NCBI RefSeq assembly: GCF_000010625.1
Contig: NC_010296.1
Location: forward strand, 2,460,001 to 2,492,000
Source of the DNA: Microcystis aeruginosa NIES-843
Lineage (GTDB): Bacteria > Cyanobacteriota > Cyanobacteriia > Cyanobacteriales > Microcystaceae
DNA: 32,000 bases
Direction: 5' to 3'
Shown: positions 7,257 to 15,795 of the stretch, piece after piece
Numbering within the stretch: the first letter of the stretch is position 1
Layout of the letters: every line of letters begins with the position of its first letter
Notes under the pieces: model-generated
Databases searched by the model: none
Told to the model about the DNA's origin: nothing
Seen by the model: the letters and a program-made list of their open reading frames with translations, nothing else
Translations under genes and position numbers: made by a program

Positions 7257-8946
7257 TAGCGTTAATATCTCGGTCATGGTGAGTCCCACAGTCTGGACAG
7301 TCCCATTCTCGAACATTTAACGGCATTTTCAAGGGCAATATACCCGCAATTACTACACCTTTTAGAGCTAGGAAACCATCTATCTATTTCGATGTAATTT
7401 CTCCCATACCAACGGCATTTATAGGCTAATTGTCGGGTGATTTCTCCCCAGCTTACATCAGATATTGCCTGAGATAATTTCGGGTTTTTGACCATATTCT
7501 TGACGGCTAAATTCTCAACCACAATCGTTTGGTTTTCACGAACTAATTGAGTGGTTAGCTTATGTAAATGGTCTTTTCTACTATCGGTGATTTGAGCGTG
7601 AATCTTGGCTACTTTGATTCTTGCTTTTTCCCGATTTTTTGACCCTTTCTGTTTTCTAGAAAGGCTTTTTTGGGCCTTTCGCAGTCTCCGATAATGCTTT
7701 TTAAAATGCTTGGGATTAGACACTTTATCGCCATCGCTGGTAATCACGAGGCTACTAATTCCTAATGGGACTTAAACAAATTTCAAGCCCAAACAAAGCC
7801 TAAACTGGCTTTGTAAGCGGCAAACACATCCCGATTCTCGGTCAGCCACTCAAAGAAACGGAAAGACATCGCTGTCCGAAAAGCTTCCAAGGCTTCCACA
7901 AAAGTGTTTAAAGGTCGATTCGCCCACCGCCTTTGCAATCCCCCAGTTAACTTATGCCACAGGATAAATGTATAGGCACAAAACACCAGGATAAAATGAC
8001 GAAGTAAGCTTCGTTTATCCCTGACTTGATATTCCCTTAACCCTAACCATCCTTTGGCTTCTCGGTAGAATACTTCCACCCAATTTCTTTCGGTGTAAGT
8101 CCTCACTATCCACGAAGCTGTTACTGTATCTGCCTCAACTACATTGGTGATGAAATAGTCCACCTCTGTGGCTTTTTCCATTGAACTTGCATTCATGACG
8201 ATCGCCAAGTTCCTTTCTCCTTCTAGTTGAGATATTTTCGCTCTGAATACCGCTACCCAAACCGTTTTCTCTTTATCTAGATTTAGGGTGATTTTCTCCC
8301 AATCCTTTTCTGATAGGCTTTTTGCTAGTTGCTCAAGCTGGATTGTTTCTTCCACACCCCCTTCTTTTTCAATAATTACTTTTCGATTTTTTGCCAATCC
8401 TCCTAAGTATTTTAGCTTTCTTTCTTCCAGGGCTTTGAGAAAATTTGTGTTGTTGCCATAACCAGCATCTATTAAGACGATTTTCGGTCGATAGCCTCTG
8501 GTTAAGCTCCGGTCAATTAAATCTATCGCTATCTCTGGTTTCTTCTTAAATTCTTTGTCTTCTTTCCCCTCGGCTAAGGAACTAGCCGGTTGATAAATTT
8601 CAATGTCTAGGGGGACACTTTTTTTGCCGTCGTAGAGATGAGTAGTGACGGCGACTATTCCGTTGTCTGTCTTGCCAATTTCTCCTAGGTACTGCCTGCC
8701 AACTCCGGCGGTCAGATTGCCACTTTTTCGATGTCCTGAGTCATCGACAATCAGGGAAAATCCTCGGGGGATTTGCGTCTGGCGGCATTGGTTCATCACT
8801 TGCAACCGACATTCATTCACCTGACGGTCTGACCAAGGAGATTCGGTCAAAAAGTGATGTAATCGGTTATAAACTACTCCGACGGCATTATTGGCCATTT
8901 GAGTGAGGTTTTTCCTCTCACTTTCCCCTAATAATCCTCCTAAATA

Positions 8947-9944
8947 GGGCTGGCTGAATAAATCTAAAAACCTTGTTGGATAAGACTTTTGGACTTTTTT
9001 CCCCTCAAAAAGTACCAGATATGGGAGTGATCAGGGGTAAATTCAGGGACTTTTTCCCTGAAAATTAGGTAATTGACCCCCTCAAAATCGGTAAAACCCC
9101 ACACCCGTTACAGTAGAGCAGGAAGTCGCCTTCCCACCCCCTGCTTCAAAACCGGACTTACGACTTTCGCCGTATCCGGCTCCTGAGTAACTAGGCTACT
9201 GTCATTAGTAGAATAATAATGGGAATTATTATTTCCTTGTCTATTCAACCCTCTTGGCTGTATCCCCACCAGACAAGATTGTTGGTTTTAGGGCGTATAT
9301 GACCGTTGATTGTTGCTTAGACTTCCTAGTTACCCGTCCTTTGTCAGCATATCTTTGATATTACTCAAAGCCTTGGCTTTTAAGGACATCCTCTCCCTCT
9401 ATTGACTTGCGGATGGTTTCCTACTGCCCCGAACGGGCAGAGTCAATCAGGGTTACTTCGTTCCCTATAACCATTGGTTGAACCCTTAGGATGATACTGT
9501 CCACAACAGAGTAACGGGAATGCCTTACTGATAGTGGTATGAGCTATCAGCCCCAACTCTGTTAACTTTTGTTTCGAGCCTGTCAGCCTTTTGGCTCGTG
9601 GGTGTTGACGATGGTTAATTCGTATCTTCGCCCCAGGGCTATCCATAGGTTCTGGCTCAACGGGTTTCTGATTTAGGCTATCAGATACCGCTTTTTTTTT
9701 CCTCGCTCACTACCTCAGATGTACCAAGTCTAAAGCAGCAGGAAATGCCGTCACTCTAGGCATCTAGAGGACAGGACTAAGGTTATTACTAACCCGCACC
9801 TGTAGGGTTATAAAGTTATCAAGGTACTACATTTACCAAGCGGCTAATCCTCTAAACGTCTTACTGTCTAGTTTCTAGCCAACGAATCGCACCACACCCC
9901 ACACCCTACACCCTGCCCCTAGGAAAAACTTTTTCAGCAGACCC
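8947..9944 (-). mobile_element. family-A MITE copy A1 carrying a group II intron (998 bp; ~212 bp without the intron)
   Basis: Ends GGGCTGGCTGAATAAATC... and ...CTTTTTCAGCAGACCC form the TIR GGGTCTGCTGAAAA. Flanked by direct TAAATA at 8941-8946 and 9945-9950. Confidence 0.8.
9107..9892 (-). ncRNA. ORF-less group II intron, copy 1 (786 nt)
   Basis: 5' GUGCGAUUCG at 9892. Domain V GAGCCGGAUACGGCGAAAGUCGUAAGUCCGGUUU at 9182-9149. A domain VI-like helix with a GCGA loop and a bulged A. 3' end ...CUGUAAC at 9107. No RT-like ORF. Excision restores the (CCCCACA)n tract. Confidence 0.8.
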
Positions 9945-10543
9945 TAAATATTGTCTGAAGCCGTTTTTTTGCGCTTCGTTTTTGAAGCAATTGTCAAACC
10001 GCCGACACCATCGGTCAAAGCATGGGGGCATCGCGGCTGGGGTTGTCTCTTTCATCGCTGATCTTTCAACGTAAAGTGCTTATTCTTTAACAATTATACT
10101 CTATTATACTCTTGTTGATCGTTTAAGTCCCACTAGCATCACTGCTGAGAATTTCTGGCTCAACGAGTCCACTTGAATTAGATTCCTGGCGAAATCCAAC
10201 TCAGAGGTGGTTCTCTCCTCAGACTTTCGCGACCTTACAGAAGCCTGTTCTCCTATGCCCTACGATACAGTTCAAAACCTCTAAAATACGGTTCTTCGGT
10301 TTGTCTTATGCAACGTACAGGGTTATAAGGAATGAAACTCTCATAGAGAAAGACATTTGGCGATTTTTGTTAATTGTTTTCGATCTAGAGCGAACTAATC
10401 AATCAAATCTCTTACCAGATAAGGATTTAGTCGATTTATGCCACCCTATTGAACCATACCAAGTAACGAAGAACCTAAAATACTTGGTTTCTCTGGTACT
10501 TGACGCTGAGAATTTTTACCTATAAGTACCTAAGCAAAATTAA

Positions 10544-12229
10544 GGGACTTCCAGAGAATAAAATACCCAACAAAAAAATAGAAAAGTGTTTTTTTGAAAA
10601 AGTAATTATTTTTGTCTAGGAAAACAAAGAGTCTCCCATTATACCATTTTTCTTTATTTGCGTCACAACGAATGAAGGTTTGGCAAGCATTCGAGCGTGG
10701 ATGTCTGTCATGGATTTAGAAATTTGGTATTACAACCTATTTTTCCGAAAAAATAGGCAGCACAAACTCTTATACTTCCGAGCTTTTTCGAGTATAACAA
10801 GGACAAGTTAAAGAATCAAAGACAGTTTTTAGCTAACCATCTTAGTTAACTACAAACTAGGTCTTATCATAATAGATATCAATAAACCATTGTCCCAAAT
10901 CGGGAAAGTCTTGATTCGTTGATTCTGTGAGACGTTCGATTTTTTCTTCGATTTTTTCCATGGCTTTTTTAGTAAGCTTTACTCCTTTTTCATAAGTTTC
11001 AGTAATCAACTTAACAATCGGGTGTTTTCCTTTCCAAGTCATAGTTTGGGCGAATTTCAAAGCCGTTTCGATTTCATCTAAAATACTCCCATTCCAAGGG
11101 TTTTCTAACACAGCCCAGGTTCGTTCAATAGGATTATATTTACTATGGTAAGGGGGATAGTAAGCTAAACGTATATTAACTTGATATTTTTGGGAAAACT
11201 CAACTATACGTTTCATGAACTGAGTTCGTCTCGAATTATTTTCTGGTCCATTATCTTGATTAATTATCAAAGTTTTAATTTTCTCAAAACGAGATTTTTC
11301 CGACTCCCAGAAATCTTCTAATATATCAACAATAAAGTCACTGGTGACTGTGGAGGCAGTGAAATACAAAAACAACTCATCAAATTCTGGAATAAATATT
11401 CCGTAAGGGGTTAGGGTTGTTTTCGGATTAAAATCATGATCGTTTGTTTCGACAGTTATTCTATTCTTACCTCCTCGATCAAATAGTCCAATATTAACAC
11501 GGGCTTTGGCATCCAAACTAAGACGTAACATCGTAGGGTCTTCATCCGCTTCCCGATTAATGTTAGCTAATTCCTCAAAGATTGCCTCGGTTTCTGGAAT
11601 TTTTTTTGAGGTAAAACTTTAGCGACTCTTTTCAGACGATAACCTAAGTTATTTAATTTAACCCGAATAGTTTCCTCGCTCGGTAAATCCTCATCACTGT
11701 ACCCATATTTAGAGATTAATTGCTTTCGGACTTCGGCCGCACTCAGTCTCACATAAAGCCTTTGGCTTTTAAAACTTGGGTCAGTTTGGCTTTGAGAATC
11801 CACTAAACTTTTGATGTTTTCCAATAGAAAAGGTAAATGTTCTTCTGCTTTTTTCCGCCCCTTAGCTGAATGATTATCAACACAAATAATACCTCTTTTT
11901 AGTTCTTTAATTCCTTTACGAATAGTAGTTCGATTCCAGCCTAACTCCTGTGCAGCAAGGGTTTGTCCCCCATAGCCTAATTCTAAGACTGTTTGGGCCA
12001 TGAATCTTCTTTTAGCTGCACCTTTTAATTGAAGTGCAGTTTCACTGAGCAATTTCTTGAGGGAATCAGTTAATTCCATATACACTTACAAAGAAAAACT
12101 TGATTAATAATGTACAGGATTAATTCTACTACAAAATTGGAAGGAGGAGGCAACCATCGACCCCTACCTCCTACACTCCGAGAATGATTATTATTCTTGA
12201 GCATGAATAGTTTATTTTTTGGAAGTCCC
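10544..12229 (-). mobile_element. ISAzo13-like insertion sequence, 1686 bp, 3-bp TAA target duplication
   Basis: TIRs are GGGACTTCCAGAGAATAAA at 10544 and the reverse complement of 12211-12229, GGGACTTCCAAAAAATAAA. TAA is duplicated at 10541-10543 and 12230-12232. Joining the flanks rebuilds GCAAAATTAATTAC of the host MITE. Confidence 0.8.
10857..12085 (-). CDS. ISAzo13-family transposase in two frames (11567-12085 HTH part; 10857-11600 DDE part), joined by a -1 shift on an A8 run
   Basis: ORF1 ends ...LPQKKFQKPRQSLRN*. Re-reading one base back on CAAAAAAAAT (T-run 11600-11607 on the plus strand) gives ...LPQKKIPETEAIFEELANINREADEDPTMLRLSLDAKA..., continuous with ORF2. C-terminal motifs: IINQDNGPEN, YYPPYHSKYNPIERTW. 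Confidence 0.7.
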
Positions 12230-12309
12230 TAATTACACATATCTAACCACCTCTTGCCTCTTGCCTCTTGCCTATCTTCACTAGGAAATTAATTTTGCAC
12301 GACTACTTA

Positions 12310-13306
12310 GGGTTTGCTGAATAAATCTAAAAACCTTGTTGGATAAGACTTTTGGACTTTTTTCCCCTCAAAAAGTACCAGATATGGGAGTGATCAGGGG
12401 TAAATTCAGGGACTTTTTCCCTGAAAATTAGGTAATTGACCCCCTCAAAATCGGTCAAACCCCACACCCGTTACAGTAGAGCAGGAAGTCGCCTTCCCAC
12501 CCCCTGCTTCAAAACCGGACTTACGACTTTCGCCGTATCCGGCTCCTGAGTAACTAGGCTACTGTCATTAGTAGAATAATAATGGGAATTATTATTTCCT
12601 TGTCTATTCAACCCTCTTGGCTGTATCCCCACCAGACAAGATTGTTGGTTTTAGGGCGTATATGACCGTTGATTGTTGCTTAGACTTCCTAGTTACCCGT
12701 CCTTTGTCAGCATATCTTTGATATTACTCAAAGCCTTGGCTTTTAAGGACATCCTCTCCCTCTATTGACTTGCGGATGGTTTCCTACTGCCCCGAACGGG
12801 CAGAGTCAATCAGGGTTACTTCGTTCCCTATAACCATTGGTTGAACCATTAGGATGATACTGTCCACAACAGAGCAACGGGAATGCCTTACTGATAGTGG
12901 TGTAAGCTATCAGCCCCAACTCTGTTAACTTTTGTTTCGAGCCTGTCAGCCTTTTGGCTCGTGGGTGTTGACGATGGTTAATTCGTATCTTCGCCCCAGG
13001 GCTATCCATAAGTTCTGGCTCAACGGGTTTCTGATTTAGGCTATCAGATACCGCTTTTTTTTCCTCGCTCACTACCTCAGATGTACCAAGTCTAAAGCAG
13101 CAGGAAATGCCGTCACTCTAGGCATCTAGAGGACAGGACTAAGGTTATTACTAACCCGCACCTGTAGGGTTATAAAGTTATCAAGGTACTACATTTACCA
13201 AGCGGCTAATCCTCTAAACGTCTTACTGTCTAGTTTCTAGCCAACGAATCGCACCACACCCCACACCCTACACCCTGCCCCTAGGAAAAACTTTTTCAGC
13301 AGACCC
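12310..13306 (-). mobile_element. family-A MITE copy A2 carrying a group II intron (997 bp)
   Basis: Near-identical to 8947-9944. Flanked by direct TACTTA at 12304-12309 and 13307-13312. Confidence 0.8.
12470..13254 (-). ncRNA. ORF-less group II intron, copy 2 (785 nt)
   Basis: Same 5' GUGCG, domain V/VI and 3' end as copy 1. It differs by a handful of substitutions and one T in a homopolymer run. Confidence 0.8.
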
Positions 13307-13569
13307 TACTTAGGAGCATTCCCCTAGAGAACCCCATAACTCTAGTTTTCAAGGTGCGTTCATCGGTTGATGACTGGGTTTTTTAAGCGGTTGCTTACCC
13401 GGCCCCCTATTCTTAATATCATACATCAGATCAAGTCGCCCTCAAAGGGCGAGGCTTTAAACCCAATTTTTTGGTAATATATCAATTAACTGGCAAGATG
13501 GGCATGAGCAAGTTAACCCCTTTGGCTGTTAACCGTCCCGTCAAGCTGCTCTAGGGTAAAGATAATCCT

Positions 13570-15075
13570 ATGGCTACCATGAAACTAATTATCGGGGGAC
13601 GTTACCAGGTTATTAAACCTCTAAGTCAAGGGGCTTTCGGTCAAACTTTTTTAGCCCAAGATAACTATCGCCCCGGCCGTCCTCAATGTGTGGTCAAACA
13701 GTTAATCCCCCAAGTGGTTAACGAAGTTACTATAGGATTATTTGAGAGTGAGGCCAGAGCTTTAGAAAAACTCGGCCATCATCCTCAAATACCGCAATTT
13801 TTCGCCAGTTTTCAGGAAAATAAGTCTTTTTATATCGTTCAAGAATTTATCGATGGTCACGATCTTAGTCAGGAAATCTCTAAGGGTAAGCGTTTAGAAG
13901 AGAGTCAGGTAATTCAGTTATTAAAAGATATCTTGGAAGTTCTCGCTTTTGTCCATCAAAATAACATTATTCACCGAGATATCAAACCCCATAATATTAT
14001 CCGTCGCCAAGAGGGCCAGCTAGTTTTAATCGACTTTGGCGGAGTCAAACAAGTGGGGACTCAATGGCTAAAAGCAAAACAGACCAGTGTGTCTATTGGG
14101 ATTGGCACCCCTGGTTATATGCCTAGTGAACAGGCGCAAAATAAACCGCGATTGTCTAGCGATGTCTATGCCGTGGGAATCATCGCTATTCAAGCCTTGA
14201 CTGGTCTCAAACCGACGCAATTTCCCGAAGATGCCGAAACCGGAGAAATCGCTTGGCGCGATCAGGCCGATGTTAGAGATGATCTAGCAGTTATTATCGA
14301 TAAAATGACCCGTTATGACTGGCGCCAACGCTTTCCCTCGGCAGCAGAAGTTTTAGATGCCATAAAAGAGTTACTGCAATTGCGTCAACAACAAGCTTTA
14401 GTGCAGGAAATTTCAGCCGAGGAGTTGTTTTATCGCGGTAACGCGCATCTCGATTTGGGGCAGCATTGCGAAGCAGTTCAATTGTATCAGCAGTCCCTGC
14501 GGAAAAAGCCCAATTTTGTCAATGCTTGGTATAACCGCGGTCTGGCCTTGCAACGATTAGGGCGTTTTCCTGAAGCTTTAGGGTCTTTTAATCAGGTAAT
14601 TCAATTAGAGACTAATAATGCTCGGGCTTGGTTTTATCGCGGCATCGCTTTAGCTAATTTACGACAAATCAGCGCCGCAATCGCATCTTTGGATAAGGCG
14701 ATTCAACTGCAGCCAGATTATCTGGAAGCATGGCATTACAAAGGCATGATTTTCTGTCAGATGCAACGTTATGCCGAAGGTCTAGCGGCCTATAATCAGG
14801 CCCTGGCCATTAAATCCGATGCTAATGTTTGGTTTAGCAAAGGCGAAGCTTTACGGGAATTAGAACGACTCAGTGAAGCGGTCGCCGCTTATAATAAGGC
14901 TTTACAGTTACAATCCCAAAAGGCTGAGGCGTGGTATCAACGGGGTTGTTGTCTCTACAAGTTAAAATGTTTCTCGGAAGCAGTGGTTTCTTTTAACCAA
15001 ACCCTACAACTAGAGCCTAGCCATCAATTCGCTCTCCAACAACGGAATTTAGCCCTTAATCACCTGAAATTGTAG
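13570..15075 (+). CDS. Ser/Thr protein kinase with a C-terminal TPR repeat domain
   Basis: 501 aa. Hanks kinase motifs LSQGAFGQTF (Gly loop), VVKQL (Lys), HRDIKPHN, IDFGGVK and GTPGYMPSEQ. The C-terminal ~220 aa consist of repeated A/W/Y-x-G-x-A-L-type 34-aa TPR units. Confidence 0.9.
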   Translation: MATMKLIIGGRYQVIKPLSQGAFGQTFLAQDNYRPGRPQCVVKQLIPQVVNEVTIGLFESEARALEKLGHHPQIPQFFASFQENKSFYIVQEFIDGHDLSQEISKGKRLEESQVIQLLKDILEVLAFVHQNNIIHRDIKPHNIIRRQEGQLVLIDFGGVKQVGTQWLKAKQTSVSIGIGTPGYMPSEQAQNKPRLSSDVYAVGIIAIQALTGLKPTQFPEDAETGEIAWRDQADVRDDLAVIIDKMTRYDWRQRFPSAAEVLDAIKELLQLRQQQALVQEISAEELFYRGNAHLDLGQHCEAVQLYQQSLRKKPNFVNAWYNRGLALQRLGRFPEALGSFNQVIQLETNNARAWFYRGIALANLRQISAAIASLDKAIQLQPDYLEAWHYKGMIFCQMQRYAEGLAAYNQALAIKSDANVWFSKGEALRELERLSEAVAAYNKALQLQSQKAEAWYQRGCCLYKLKCFSEAVVSFNQTLQLEPSHQFALQQRNLALNHLKL

Positions 15076-15099
15076 GCAGCGAGCCAGCATTTTGGGGGA

Positions 15100-15795
15100 T
15101 TAATCCTGTTCCTCTAGCCATTTTTGCCAGATATCCGGACGACGTTCCTTAGTGCGATCGAGTTGTTGTTGATAGCGCCAATCAGCGATATCCTGATGAT
15201 TACCCGATCGCAAAACCGGCGGCACTTGCCAACCGCGAAAGACTGGCGGCCGGGTATATTGGGGATAATCCAATAAACCTGCCTCAAAACTCTCCAATTT
15301 CAACGATTCTGCCTTACCTACCGTCCCAGGTAACAACCGCGTCACCCCGTTAATAATCGCTAAAGCAGGGATTTCCCCACAAGTTAGGACAAAATCCCCT
15401 AAAGATACCTCTCTAGTCACCAAATGCTCACAAACCCGCTCATCTACCCCTTCATAATGCCCGCAGATGAGAATTAACTGCTGATAACTACCGGCCCAAG
15501 TTTTCAGTAAAGCTTGATGGAGAGGTTCCCCCTGGGGAGTCATCAGCACGATCTCCCGGGGTGGTAAAATTTCTAAAGACTCGATCGCCTCAAAAATTGG
15601 CTCTGGTTTTAGTAACATTCCCACACCACCACCGTAGGGTTCATCATCGACACGACGGTGTTTATCGTGGGCAAAATCCCGGAGATTGACCAAATTTACC
15701 CTAGCGATGTCGCGTTCGAGAGCTTTTGCCAACAACCCCGACTGCAGCGGTGAAGTAAAAAAATCGGGAAAGAGAGTAATAATGTCAAACTGCAC
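15100..15795 (-). CDS. trmD: tRNA (guanine37-N1)-methyltransferase
   Basis: 231 aa. MQFDIITLFPDFF..., ...DDEPYGGGVGMLLKPEP..., LICGHYEGVDERV..., SLGDFVLTCGE; typical TrmD. Confidence 0.92.
   Translation of the reverse strand: MQFDIITLFPDFFTSPLQSGLLAKALERDIARVNLVNLRDFAHDKHRRVDDEPYGGGVGMLLKPEPIFEAIESLEILPPREIVLMTPQGEPLHQALLKTWAGSYQQLILICGHYEGVDERVCEHLVTREVSLGDFVLTCGEIPALAIINGVTRLLPGTVGKAESLKLESFEAGLLDYPQYTRPPVFRGWQVPPVLRSGNHQDIADWRYQQQLDRTKERRPDIWQKWLEEQD

Larger units (their letters stand above)
5854..7765 (-). pseudogene. tnpB: IS200/IS605-family tnpB (IS1341-type) remnant, copy A: 5'-truncated, frameshifted and split by an IS630 insertion
   Basis: Minus-strand frames read LGISSLVITSDGDKVSNPKHF...SRKQKGSKNREKARIKVAKIHAQITDSRKDHLHKLTTQLV...VVENLAVKNM...[11 protein letters not shown]. 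After a 1-nt frame change near 7330 they read [22 protein letters not shown], a zinc finger plus RuvC-III-like motif. The element end ...GGCGGCGAGGATGTCAA lies at 5854, where similarity to copy B stops. Confidence 0.75.
7783..10055 (-). pseudogene. IS701-family transposase split by a MITE insertion (segments 7783-8946 and 9945-10055)
   Basis: The ORF track gives 371 aa from 8898. The frame continues upstream as PYLGGLLGESERKNLTQ to 8946. Removing 8947-9950 (MITE plus one TAAATA copy) joins it in frame to MKETTPAAMPPCFDRWCRRFDNCFKNEAQKNGFRQYL, with ATG at 10055-10053. DDE region: LIVDDSGHRKSG...GVGRQYLGEIGKTDNG. Confidence 0.75.
7766..10132 (-). mobile_element. IS701-like (IS4 superfamily) insertion sequence, copy A, interrupted by a MITE+intron
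   Basis: Terminal inverted repeats TGGGACTTAAAC at 7766 and GTTTAAGTCCCA ending at 10132. Flanks are CTAA on the left and CTAG on the right. A second copy of the left end is at 31661. Confidence 0.75.
10525..12307. mobile_element. ~97-bp IS630#2-derived MITE (family D) split by an ISAzo13-like insertion (arms 10525-10543 and 12230-12307)
   Basis: The left arm AGTACCTAAGCAAAATTAA and right arm ...GGAAATTAATTTTGCACGACTACT match the TIRs of the IS630 element at 21274-22357. TA flanks at 10523-10524 and 12308-12309. The interior contains (CTCTTGC)3. Confidence 0.65.

Noticed and set aside
9443-9646. 67-aa (and 88-aa at 12806-13072) sense-strand ORFs inside the group II intron copies, considered as candidate intron-encoded proteins.
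   Set aside because: They are far too short, with no RT (YADD-type), maturase or endonuclease motifs. The two copies differ in ORF length because of a single substitution, consistent with non-coding RNA.
10301-10525. A 74-aa plus-strand ORF called from a TTG start.
   Set aside because: It has no ATG or RBS and ends in a MITE TIR. The frame is open well upstream, to the IS boundary, so if it codes at all it is a gene fragment. It is discussed as unassigned in the findings rather than annotated.
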